Source: Bacillota bacterium
GTDB lineage: Bacteria; Bacillota; Sulfobacillia; Sulfobacillales; JAIMBI01
NCBI GenBank assembly: GCA_021846565.1
Contig: JAJZWS010000001.1
Location: forward strand, 83,810 to 147,809
DNA: 64,000 bases
Direction: 5' to 3'
The notes beneath the pieces were generated by a model. That model had not been told where the DNA came from, did no database searches, and saw only the letters and a list, made by a program, of their open reading frames with translations. Both the position numbers and the translations under genes were made by a program. This document shows positions 9,609 through 18,297 of this stretch, in pieces (position 1 is the stretch's first letter; each line of letters begins with the position of its first letter).

Positions 9609-9744
9609 TGGGAAGCCCCCTTGACTCGCAATGACTCGGATCGGTGCGGACGCGCGGACGCTACGGGCCGACAGTCACTATAGCGAAGCCTAGACGGCAC
9701 GGCTAGGCCGGCGGGGAGACCTGGCAGTGTAAGAGCAGCAATGG

Positions 9745-10134
9745 GTGGCCGCGGACGCCACCCGCGAGGGAGCGATTCGGCAGGTGGAAGCGGCCTCCGC
9801 GCAGTGGGCGCCCAGCGAGGCTCCGCCGGGCCACGTGGGCGCCAGCCGGTTCTGCCGCGGGACGGATGACGACACGTTGGCAAACCAGTATCTTGACGAG
9901 GTGGCGGAGATTCGCGACGTGGTGGCGGCGACGCCGCGCGAGGGACTGGCGGAGCGCTTTCGGCAGGTACAGCAGCGGGCGCGGGGCATCCCGCCGCGTC
10001 CCGGCTGGGTGGTAGTGGACCCCGAGGGGCCGCGCAGCCCCCGCCCCCGGGATTGGGCTCGGGCCGCGGGACCCCGGTGGGTCGTTACGGTGCAGTGGCA
10101 GGGATCCGTGCCGCACTTGGATGCAATCCCGTAG
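9745..10134 (+). CDS. hypothetical protein
   Basis: 129-aa ORF with high third-position G/C. No motif recognised. Confidence 0.3.
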   Translation: MAADATREGAIRQVEAASAQWAPSEAPPGHVGASRFCRGTDDDTLANQYLDEVAEIRDVVAATPREGLAERFRQVQQRARGIPPRPGWVVVDPEGPRSPRPRDWARAAGPRWVVTVQWQGSVPHLDAIP

Positions 10135-10191
10135 GTCGGCGCGGGCATGGGATGAGCTTCAAAGAAATTTTGATGGGAGAGCGGTGGCGCG

Positions 10192-11631
10192 ATGGGCAGG
10201 GACCCCGGTGGCGACATAGATATAACTCAAGTGGACAGCGGGCAGCTGCAGGCGCTGCGGGAGGAGGGGCGGCTCACCGCGCGGGACCTGTTGGTGGCGT
10301 CGATGGCACGGATTGAGGCCAGCCGAGTGAACGCGGTGCGGGTGGTCAACCCGGATGCGTGGGCGATGGCGGAGGCGTCCGACGATCGGCAGCGCCGGGG
10401 CGCACTCCTGGGGCCGCTGGACGGCATCCCGGTGCTGGTCAAAGACAACATCGACACCAAAGACCAGATGCCGACCACTGCCGGGTCCGTGGCTCTGGAA
10501 GGCTCCCGGGCTTCAGCCGATGCTTTTTTGGTGCGGCGGCTCCGGCGCAGCGGGGCGGTGCTGGTGGGCAAGGCCAACCTGACGGAGTGGGCCAACTGGA
10601 TGGCCGACCACATGCCCAACGGCTACTCGAGCCTCGGCGGGCAGGTGCTGAATCCCTATGGCCCGGGTCGGTGCGACGTCGGCGGGTCCAGCTCGGGCAG
10701 CGGGGCGGGGGTGGCCGCGGGGGTGGCCACGCTGGCCGTGGGGACGGAAACCTCGGGCTCCATCCTGAGCCCGGCGAGCAGCAATGGGATCGTGGGAGTC
10801 AAACCCACGGTGGGACTCATCAGCCGTCAGGGAATCGTTCCCATTTCGTGGAGTCAGGACACTGCGGGGGCCATGGCCCGGACGGTGGCTGACGCCGCCC
10901 ACCTGCTGCAAGTGCTGGCCGGCCGGGACCGCGGGGACCGGGTCACGTGGACCCAGCCGGCCGTGCCGCGCTACGCAGCCGCTCTCCAGGCCGAGGCGCT
11001 CGTGGGCAGCCGCCTGGGGGTACCCCGCCGCGGCTACTGGGACCGACTCACGGGCGAGCGCCGCGCCGCCGCCGACCGCGCGCTTGCGGCTGCAGAGCGC
11101 CTGGGCGCGACTCTGGTGGACGTAGACCTGCCCACGTGGAGTGAGCTGCCGGCGATGGACGTGCTGCGGTATGAATTCAAGCCCGCCATCAACGCGTACC
11201 TCGGCCGGCGACGCAACGCCCACGTGCACAGCCTCACCGAGCTCATTCGGTTCAATCAGGCCCACGCGGGGCGCGCGCTCGCATACGGGCAGGCCGTCCT
11301 GTTGGCGTCGGAGGGCACGCGTGGCGACCTGACCGAGGCTGCATACTGGACCGCGCGGCGGGACGACGTGCGCCGGTCGCGCGAGGCAGGTATCGACCGG
11401 GCGCTGGAGGAACACGGCCTCCAGGCGCTCGTGTTTGCAGGGGCCATGGGCGCGGGCATCGCGGCCAAGGCTGGGTACCCCTCGGTAACGGTTCCGGCCG
11501 GCTATACGGCGGACGGGGATCCGGTGGGGCTCACCTTTACGGGTACCGCGTGGACGGAGGCGGCCCTGTTGGCGCTGGCGTTTGCGTATGAGCAGGGCAC
11601 GGGTGCGCGCGTGGCCCCTCCCTGGGCCTGA
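10192..11631 (+). CDS. amidase-signature family amidase
   Basis: [10 protein letters not shown] and the [14 protein letters not shown] Ser/Gly-rich amidase signature are present. 479 aa. Confidence 0.85.
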   Translation: MGRDPGGDIDITQVDSGQLQALREEGRLTARDLLVASMARIEASRVNAVRVVNPDAWAMAEASDDRQRRGALLGPLDGIPVLVKDNIDTKDQMPTTAGSVALEGSRASADAFLVRRLRRSGAVLVGKANLTEWANWMADHMPNGYSSLGGQVLNPYGPGRCDVGGSSSGSGAGVAAGVATLAVGTETSGSILSPASSNGIVGVKPTVGLISRQGIVPISWSQDTAGAMARTVADAAHLLQVLAGRDRGDRVTWTQPAVPRYAAALQAEALVGSRLGVPRRGYWDRLTGERRAAADRALAAAERLGATLVDVDLPTWSELPAMDVLRYEFKPAINAYLGRRRNAHVHSLTELIRFNQAHAGRALAYGQAVLLASEGTRGDLTEAAYWTARRDDVRRSREAGIDRALEEHGLQALVFAGAMGAGIAAKAGYPSVTVPAGYTADGDPVGLTFTGTAWTEAALLALAFAYEQGTGARVAPPWA

Positions 11632-11696
11632 ATTCCGGCGGGTCCGCCGGGCGTATGGATCCAAGCGCGGCCGCGAGATGATGCGGCTGCCGGAGG

Positions 11697-12794
11697 GTGC
11701 ACATGAGCTTTCGGCAACGACACTGGCGGCACGCCGCCTGGCTGGGCCTCGTGGTGTTTACGGGCCTTGCGCTGTACCTGAGCACATGGCGCTCCGCGCT
11801 CGGTCCGCTGCTTCCCGCGGTCCAGGACCTCCACGAGTTTGGCGGCATCCTCTATGGCGCGGCGGTGGTGGGCTGGTCCGGCCGCTTTTATCCGTGGCCG
11901 GGGCGTCACGGGTCCGGCGCCCCGGGATACACCCAGTTTGGCTGGTTTCTGATTGTGGGCCTCCTCGTGACGGGCGTGGGTCTAATGGTGGGACCCTCGC
12001 TGACCCGGGCCATTGCAACCGTCGGCCATGCGGCCTTTGCCGCCACGCTGGTGATTTGGATCGTCTGGCACCTGTTGGCCAGCCGCCCCCGGGTGGCCCC
12101 CGCGGTGCGCGACCGGGTGATCAAGCCGGGCATCCCGCGCCGCGCGGTACTGCGGTGGCTGGGCGGGGCGGCCGTGGCGGTGCCGCTGGTGGCAGCAACC
12201 CCGAGCCTCCTGGGCATGGTGAGCGGCCGCTTATTGGGGGCGGCCGGTGGCAGCAGCAGCGGCGCGAGGCCGGGCTTTGTCCCTTACACCGTGGTCAATG
12301 GCTTTCCGCGCATCGACCTCGCAACTTGGCGGCTCGCACTGGAAGGCTTGGGGGCGGCGCGGCACTGGACCTGGGAGGAGTGGCAGCGGGAGTCCATGCA
12401 GCATCTCACCGTGAATTTTCGCTGTGTGACCGGGTGGGTGGTGCCGGACGTCCGGTTTTCTGGCGTCAATTTGGAGGCATGGCTGCTGCAACAGGGGTGG
12501 GATCCCGCCCAGCATCCATGGGTCAACTTCTACTCGGCGGACGGGGTGTACACGGAGTCCCTAAACGCTGCGCAAATTCACCAGCACCAGCCGATTTTGG
12601 CCACCACCATGGACGGGCAGGCACTCCCGGTCGCGCAGGGGTTTCCCATGCGGCTTTACGTGCCTCGCATGTACGGATACAAAGCCATCAAGTGGCTGGA
12701 CCGCGTCCAGGTGTCCAGCCGGGAGGAGATTGGATTCTGGGAGCAGCGCGGGTACCCTGAAAACGCGTACTACGGGTCCTATTCGGGAATCTGA
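11697..12794 (+). CDS. membrane-anchored molybdopterin-dependent oxidoreductase (sulfite-oxidase/MsrP fold fused to His-bearing TM domain)
   Basis: The C-terminal part (FRCVTGW...GQALPVAQGFPMRLYVPRMYGYKAIKWL...GFWEQRGY) is the oxidoreductase molybdopterin-binding domain. The N-terminal ~170 aa form about four TM helices containing His residues. Confidence 0.8.
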   Translation: MHMSFRQRHWRHAAWLGLVVFTGLALYLSTWRSALGPLLPAVQDLHEFGGILYGAAVVGWSGRFYPWPGRHGSGAPGYTQFGWFLIVGLLVTGVGLMVGPSLTRAIATVGHAAFAATLVIWIVWHLLASRPRVAPAVRDRVIKPGIPRRAVLRWLGGAAVAVPLVAATPSLLGMVSGRLLGAAGGSSSGARPGFVPYTVVNGFPRIDLATWRLALEGLGAARHWTWEEWQRESMQHLTVNFRCVTGWVVPDVRFSGVNLEAWLLQQGWDPAQHPWVNFYSADGVYTESLNAAQIHQHQPILATTMDGQALPVAQGFPMRLYVPRMYGYKAIKWLDRVQVSSREEIGFWEQRGYPENAYYGSYSGI

Positions 12795-12835
12795 GGCAGT
12801 GGCGGTCGCGCAAGCGGCCGCGGAAAGGTGGGGCT

Positions 12836-13855
12836 ATGAAGGCGATCGTGGTGCGGGAGCCGGGCGGGGTGGACAAGTTGTCGTACGAGGAGGTGGCCGA
12901 CCCGGTCCCCGGCGCCGGGGAGGTGCGGGTGCACGTGCAATATGCCGGGCTCAACCGACGAGACCTGTACGCCCGCATGGGCCAATACCCCCGGGTGCGT
13001 TTTCCGGCAATCCCGGGATCGGACGGCGTCGGCGTGGTGGATGCCGTGGGTCCGGGCGTCGAGGCGCTGAAGTCGGGGGACCCCGTGGTCATCTATCCCG
13101 CCCGGAACTGGGGGGACGATGAGCGGGCGCCCAGCCGCGCCTTCGAAATTTTGGGTATCCCCACCGACGGGACCTACGCCGAGCAGATTGTCGTGCCGGC
13201 AGCGAATGTCTTTCCAAAACCGGGGTACCTGACGGGCCCCGAGGCGGCCGCACTGCCGCTGGTGGGCCTTACGGCGTACCGGTGCCTCTTCTCCCGAGGC
13301 GCATTGCAGGCGGGCGAGAGCGTGCTCATTCCCGGGATTGGTGGAGGCTTGGCCACCATGCTGTTGCTGATGGCCACAGCCGCCGGCGCACGCGTGGCGG
13401 TGACGTCGTCGCAGGATGGGAAGCTGGCGCGCGCCAGCGAGTTGGGGGCACAAGCGGGCGCCAACTACCGGCAGGCGGACTATGTGCAGGATCTGCGCCA
13501 CCAGGTCCCCGCCGGATTTGACCTTATCGTCGATACGCTGGGCGGACCCGGATTTGCGGACTTGGTGGCCCTGGCCCGCCCAGGCGGACGGGTGGTGTTG
13601 GTGGGCGCCACGGCCGGCCCGGTACCGTCGCTGGTGTTGCCCCGCGTCTTTTTAAAGCACCTGGACCTCCGCGGCACCTCCATGGGCAGCCCGCTGGACT
13701 TCGCCCGCATGCTGGACTTCTGCATAGAGCATGGGATTCGCCCCGTGGTGGACCGTGCGTTTCCGCTGACTGAGGCTCGGGCGGCGCAGGAATATTTGTG
13801 GGACGGCGGCCAATTTGGCAAGGTAGTGCTGCAGGTGAGCGGCCAATTTTCATAG
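12836..13855 (+). CDS. zinc-type alcohol dehydrogenase / quinone oxidoreductase family protein
   Basis: MKAIVVREPGG...L.YEEV.DP.PG.GEV.V.V...GLN..D and a GIGGGLATMLLLMA Rossmann motif are present. 339 aa. Confidence 0.85.
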   Translation: MKAIVVREPGGVDKLSYEEVADPVPGAGEVRVHVQYAGLNRRDLYARMGQYPRVRFPAIPGSDGVGVVDAVGPGVEALKSGDPVVIYPARNWGDDERAPSRAFEILGIPTDGTYAEQIVVPAANVFPKPGYLTGPEAAALPLVGLTAYRCLFSRGALQAGESVLIPGIGGGLATMLLLMATAAGARVAVTSSQDGKLARASELGAQAGANYRQADYVQDLRHQVPAGFDLIVDTLGGPGFADLVALARPGGRVVLVGATAGPVPSLVLPRVFLKHLDLRGTSMGSPLDFARMLDFCIEHGIRPVVDRAFPLTEARAAQEYLWDGGQFGKVVLQVSGQFS

Positions 13856-14057
13856 TGGCGCGCGTCAGCGGGGGACGACGGTGATGGCGGCCCCAAGCGG
13901 CCAGCCGCTGACCGGTCGTGATCAGCGCCCAGCCTGCGGCTCTTGGCCAGCGCGATGTGGCCCTCTCGCGGCCGTGGGAGGACCGCGAGTGTGGGTGGTG
14001 GACGCGTCCCAACCCAATCCACGCATTCAGGCACGCGGCGGCTGCACGCAGACGCTC

Positions 14058-14300
14058 CTATGCGTCGGGTTCGTAAAACCAATCCGCCCAGTCCCGCCAG
14101 CCCGCGCGGATTACCCAGCGGGCCAAAGGTTGAAGGCGGGGACTGACCACCCGAAACCGGGTCCGCCCTAGAGGGACGATGGGAGCGTGACGCCGCTGGC
14201 GCACGGTGTCCAGGACAATCACCTGAGTTGGGGGACGGGTCACGGGCCCGCGCGGCACGTCGCGGCCCGCGACCGTCGGCCGGGGCGGTGAGGTCAACAT
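14058..14300 (-). CDS. hypothetical small protein
   Basis: The internal Met of the 156-aa ORF follows GAAGGGAG. Third-position G/C is moderate. No motif. Confidence 0.2.
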   Translation of the reverse strand: MLTSPPRPTVAGRDVPRGPVTRPPTQVIVLDTVRQRRHAPIVPLGRTRFRVVSPRLQPLARWVIRAGWRDWADWFYEPDA

Positions 14301-14505
14301 GATCGGCCACTCCCTTCGTTCCGGGCCATCTCGCGCAGAGGCCGGCTGGATGGCCGGCAAGAGCAGATGGAACTGGTGTTCTATATCATAGGCGACCTGC
14401 CCCAGCGTGTAAAGAGGGGTAGCGACGGAAACACAATTTGGCCAACCGCGCCCGGATTTAGGACCATGTGATATCTTTTGAGGGCATCGCAAGGGAGGTC
14501 GTTCG

Positions 14506-15933
14506 GTGGGCGTACCAACTTCAGGCATTCAATTTGTGTTTCGGCTGTCCCTAGAGCGGGATGTGGCGGGCTTCGGGCAACTGCTGCGGGCCGTGGAGGC
14601 GCACGGGGGGGACGTTGTGGCGCTGGACTTGGTGAGAAGTGACGAGCACACCACGGTGCGCGACCTGACGGTGGTGTTGCCCGCGATGGAGGTGCTGGGG
14701 CCGTTGTCCGCCGGACTGGGCGCGCTGCCCGGCGTACACATCGACAACGTGTCCGACCGCACCTTTCTCATGCATCTGGGAGGCAAAATCGAGATTCAGC
14801 CCCGTGTCCAGGTCAAGAACCGCGAAGACTTGTCTCACGTATACACTCCCGGGGTGGCCCGCGTCGTCCAGGCCATTGCGGACGATCCCCAAAAGGCCTT
14901 TCAACTGACGTTGAAGCGCAACACCGTGGCCATCGTGACTGATGGGACGGCCATCCTGGGGCTGGGCAACCTCGGGCCGCTGGCTGCGTTGCCCGTGATG
15001 GAGGGCAAGGCCGTGCTGTTTAAAAGTCTGGCGGGAGTGGACGCGTTTCCCATTTGCCTGGACACCCAGGACGTCGACGAGCTGGTAGAGACCATCACGC
15101 GCCTAGCACCGTCGTTTGGCGGCATCAATCTGGAAGACATTGCGGCCCCGCGCTGCTTCGAGGTCGAGGCGCGGCTATCGGAGCGCCTCGACATTCCCGT
15201 CTTTCATGACGACCAGCACGGCACGGCGGTGGTGATCCTGGCCGCGCTGATGAATGCGACCCGCGTGGTGGGCAAGGAGTTGGCGCACCTGCGAGTGGTG
15301 GTAGCCGGCGTGGGGGCCGCCGGGACCGCCACGACCGAATTGCTGCTGGCGGCCGGCATTCGGGACATCGTGGGCGTGGACCGCGACGGGGCCATTCGCC
15401 GCAATCAGGTCTATCCGGAACGCCCGTCGTGGACGCGCTACGCGCAGTTGACCAATCCCGAGGACCGGCAGGGGAGCCTGGTCGATGTGCTGGCCGGGGC
15501 AGACGCCTTTGTAGGCGTGTCCTCGGGCAACCTGCTGGAGCCGACCGAGCTTCGGGCCATGGCCAAAGACCCGATCGTGTTTGCCATGGCAAATCCGACG
15601 CCCGAGGTGGATCCCGACGGCGCCTTGCAGTACGCCGCCGTCGTGGCGACGGGCCGGTCTGACTATCCCAATCAGGTGAACAACGTGCTGTGTTTCCCTG
15701 GACTGTTTCGCGGGGTGCTGGACTGCCGCGCCCGCGTGGTGAACGCTGAGATGAAGCTCGCTGCGGCGCGTGCCTTGGCGGCGGTCGTGGCCCCGGAGGA
15801 ATTAGCCCGCGATTACATTATTCCCAGTGTGTTCAACCGCCGGGTGGTGGATGCTGTCGCCGAAGCGGTCGTGCATGCGGCCGACGCGACTGGGGTGGCG
15901 CGACGGACGCCCGCGAACATCGGCAGCCACTGA
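14506..15933 (+). CDS. NAD(P)-dependent malic enzyme with N-terminal ACT-like domain
   Basis: GTG follows GGGAGG. VYTPGVA, LGLGNLGP.AA.PVMEGKA.LFK, DDQHGTA and GAGAAG are malic-enzyme hallmarks. Confidence 0.9.
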   Translation: MGVPTSGIQFVFRLSLERDVAGFGQLLRAVEAHGGDVVALDLVRSDEHTTVRDLTVVLPAMEVLGPLSAGLGALPGVHIDNVSDRTFLMHLGGKIEIQPRVQVKNREDLSHVYTPGVARVVQAIADDPQKAFQLTLKRNTVAIVTDGTAILGLGNLGPLAALPVMEGKAVLFKSLAGVDAFPICLDTQDVDELVETITRLAPSFGGINLEDIAAPRCFEVEARLSERLDIPVFHDDQHGTAVVILAALMNATRVVGKELAHLRVVVAGVGAAGTATTELLLAAGIRDIVGVDRDGAIRRNQVYPERPSWTRYAQLTNPEDRQGSLVDVLAGADAFVGVSSGNLLEPTELRAMAKDPIVFAMANPTPEVDPDGALQYAAVVATGRSDYPNQVNNVLCFPGLFRGVLDCRARVVNAEMKLAAARALAAVVAPEELARDYIIPSVFNRRVVDAVAEAVVHAADATGVARRTPANIGSH

Positions 15934-15955
15934 CGCGGAAGCACTCCAGCAGATT

Positions 15956-16000
15956 CCGACGGACAGGGTGCAGCCGCCCCACGGCGCCTCTGTCCGTTGG
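15956..16000. terminator. hairpin between malic enzyme 3-prime end and tRNA 3-prime end
   Basis: CCGACGGACAG (15956-15966) pairs with CTGTCCGTTGG (15990-16000) with one G-U pair. There is no clear U-tract. Confidence 0.3.
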
Positions 16001-16022
16001 CAACCGGCCCATGACATAGAAG

Positions 16023-16098
16023 TGGTGGAGACGACGGGATTCGAACCCGTGACCTCCGCGATGCGAACGCGGCGCTCTACCAGCTGAGCTACATCCCC
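16023..16098 (-). tRNA. tRNA-Ala (anticodon CGC), CCA encoded
   Basis: Manual cloverleaf: acceptor GGGGATG/CGTCTCC with G3:U70, D-arm GCTC/GAGC, anticodon stem CCGCG/CGCGG with loop TTCGCAT, T-arm ACGGG-TTCGAAT-CCCGT, discriminator A plus CCA. Confidence 0.9.
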
Positions 16099-16273
16099 AC
16101 ACGCACCAACCAACGTGCACCCGACGGCTTGCAGGCCGCAGGGCAGTGATCGACCGCCTCATGTTACCCAACGGCGCCGTCCGCGTCAATGCGCGACGGC
16201 AGCTCGGCCTGCGCGCACACGGCAAAAAAATTTCCGCGCTAAAGCAGGGAAGTAGAGGGCCGCGGCGAACAAA

Positions 16274-16298
16274 GTGGGTTAGAGTGGGGCAAAGTGGT
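16274..16298 (+). promoter_or_regulatory. candidate MraZ operator: three GTGG[GT] boxes at 10-bp phasing
   Basis: GTGGG at 16274, GTGGG at 16284 and GTGGT at 16294, each preceded by A-rich spacers (AAAGTGGG / AGAGTGGG / AAAGTGGT), 20-45 nt upstream of mraZ. Confidence 0.5.
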
Positions 16299-16317
16299 GG
16301 AAAGGGGGTCGGTAGCC

Positions 16318-16749
16318 GTGCTGATGGGCGAGTACGACCACGCGCTGGACGACAAAGGCCGTCTCACGGTGCCCGCCCGCTTTCGCGAGGCGTTGGGCGA
16401 GCGGTTCGTCGTGACCGTCGGGCTCGACGGCTGTCTCTCGGGCTATGCGATGGCCGAGTGGGAGCGGCTCACTGAGCGCTTGAAGGACTTGCCCATGACC
16501 AACCGCGATGCCCGCGCCTTTATTCGCCTGCTGCTGGCCGGGGCCACGGAAGTGGAATTGGACAAGCAGGGGCGCATTCTCATTCCCCCGCGGCTGCGCC
16601 AGGCATCCGGCATTGCCTCGGAAGCCGTCTTGGTCGGGGTGGGGTCGCGGTTGGAGATTTGGGCGCGGGATCGGTGGGAAGCATATCAGGAGTCGGTGAA
16701 AGAGTCCTTTGAGGAAACGGCAGAAAAGTTGGTGGACTTCAGCCTATGA
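16318..16749 (+). CDS. mraZ: transcriptional regulator MraZ
   Basis: VLMGEYDHALDDKGRLTVPARFRE with a duplicated SpoVT/AbrB-like half (LDKQGRILIPPRLR). GTG 16318 lies 9 nt after GGAAAGGGGG. The track start 16294 is probably too early. Confidence 0.9.
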   Translation: MLMGEYDHALDDKGRLTVPARFREALGERFVVTVGLDGCLSGYAMAEWERLTERLKDLPMTNRDARAFIRLLLAGATEVELDKQGRILIPPRLRQASGIASEAVLVGVGSRLEIWARDRWEAYQESVKESFEETAEKLVDFSL

Positions 16750-17711
16750 CCAGTTTTGAGCATGTTTCCGTCCTGCGGGACACGGCGGTGTCGCTGCTGG
16801 CGGCCGCCTCCGGCACCTCGTACGTTGACGGCACCGTGGGAGGAGGGGGACACGCCAGCCAGCTGCTGACAATGCTGCCGCACGCGCGCCTGGTGGGCAT
16901 CGACCGGGACCCCTCGGCGCTGGAGGCGGCGCGCGTGCGCCTGGCGCCGTTCGGTGATCGCGTGCGGTTGGTCCATGGCAACTTTCGGCGGCTCGACGCC
17001 TTCCTTCCGCCGGCATGGCGTCCATGCGCCGGGGTGTTGCTGGATCTGGGCGTGTCGTCGCCTCAGCTCGACGAGGACGACCGCGGATTCAGCTATCAGC
17101 ATGACGCCTTGCTAGACATGCGCATGGACCCGGATTCGGATCGCACGGCGTTTCGGCTAGTCAACATGGGCGACGTGGCCGAACTGACCCGGGTGCTGCG
17201 GGAATATGGCGAGGAGCGATGGGCCAGCCGCATCGCCCGCTTCATCGCCGACGCGCGCCGGCGCCAGCCGATTCGGACCACCGGTCAGCTCGTGGACATC
17301 ATCAAAGACGCCATTCCGGCCGCGGCGCGGCGCACCGGCGGGCACCCGGCCCGACGAACCTTCCAGGCGCTCAGAATCTGGGTCAACGAGGAGCTGGACG
17401 CGCTGGACGAGGGCCTGGAGGCCGCGGGGCGACTGGTAGGACCCGGGGGCCGCGTGGTGGTGTTGAGTTTTCAATCGCTGGAGGACCGGATGGTGAAACG
17501 GCGATTTCGTGCGTGGGCGGATGCGGAGCGGGGCACGGTGCTGACGCGGCGGCCGATTGTGGCCACCAGTGACGAGGTGGAGCAAAACCCCCGGAGCCAC
17601 AGCGCCAAGCTGCGGGCCTTCGAGGTCACTGCCCAAAGCCAGGAGGCATCGCGTACGGGGGCTGCCCGCGACTATCGAGGAGTGAACTACCAACATGGCT
17701 ATGGCATCTAA
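16746..17711 (+). CDS. rsmH: 16S rRNA (cytosine1402-N4)-methyltransferase
   Basis: HVSVL......L......Y.DGT.GGGGH and LLDLGVSS.QLD motifs are present. Its ATGA overlaps the mraZ stop. Confidence 0.9.
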   Translation: MTSFEHVSVLRDTAVSLLAAASGTSYVDGTVGGGGHASQLLTMLPHARLVGIDRDPSALEAARVRLAPFGDRVRLVHGNFRRLDAFLPPAWRPCAGVLLDLGVSSPQLDEDDRGFSYQHDALLDMRMDPDSDRTAFRLVNMGDVAELTRVLREYGEERWASRIARFIADARRRQPIRTTGQLVDIIKDAIPAAARRTGGHPARRTFQALRIWVNEELDALDEGLEAAGRLVGPGGRVVVLSFQSLEDRMVKRRFRAWADAERGTVLTRRPIVATSDEVEQNPRSHSAKLRAFEVTAQSQEASRTGAARDYRGVNYQHGYGI

Positions 17712-18198
17712 ACTGAAACACGCTCGTCAGTGGGCACCGCCGGAGCCCGTTCCCGCCCCGCGGCAGCGGATACGATCGCGCCGCCTGAAGCCGTGGGTGT
17801 CGCTGGGCCTGGTCCTCGGGGCCGCATTTGTCATGGCGTTGGCGGCCGCGTTGAGCGGCACCATGATGGCCCGCGTTGGATTCCAGGTGGATCAGATGCA
17901 GTCGCAGCTCACGAGCGCGCAGCGCGCGCGCCAGGTCCTGCAGGATCAGGTGGTGACTTTGACGGGAGCCGCCCGGTTGGCCGCGGAAGCCCACCGCCTG
18001 GGCGTGCCCCTGTCCCCGCTGGTGCTGACGCGGCCCGCCGCGGCAGAACCCGCCGCCGCGCGTCCGCCTGTGAGACCGGGGCCCAGCATCTGGCATCGAT
18101 TGGGCGCGGTGGTCTCCAGTTGGCTTGAGCGCATCCGTGGCGTGCAGGGGGGGCACCCGCCCGCTTCGCGGCGTTCTGTCCACCGGGCTCGGACATAG
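17695..18198 (+). CDS. ftsL: cell division protein FtsL-like
   Basis: The position after rsmH, a single TM helix (VSLGLVLGAAFVMALAAAL) and a following coiled-coil-like segment support the call. Assignment is by synteny and topology. Confidence 0.65.
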   Translation: MAMASKLKHARQWAPPEPVPAPRQRIRSRRLKPWVSLGLVLGAAFVMALAAALSGTMMARVGFQVDQMQSQLTSAQRARQVLQDQVVTLTGAARLAAEAHRLGVPLSPLVLTRPAAAEPAAARPPVRPGPSIWHRLGAVVSSWLERIRGVQGGHPPASRRSVHRART

Positions 18199-18297
18199 CG
18201 TAGGGGGAAGTACACCGCGCTTTTGGCACCCGTTGGTGGGGCGGGGCCGGGAGGCCGCCGATCCCACGACGAGTGGAGCGCCGAAGGAACACGCCTG

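Noticed and set aside
13480-14310. 276-aa minus-strand ORF downstream of the Zn-ADH gene
   Set aside because: It overlaps the ADH 3-prime end antisense and is Pro/Arg/Ser-rich. Only the short 14058..14300 ORF in another frame has any support, and that support is weak.
16021-16100. First tRNA parse starting two bases earlier, giving G3:C70
   Set aside because: Re-folding with the T-arm ACGGG/CCCGT fixes the acceptor stem as GGGGATG/CGTCTCC. This gives the Ala identity pair G3:U70 and an encoded CCA, so the coordinates were set to 16023..16098.
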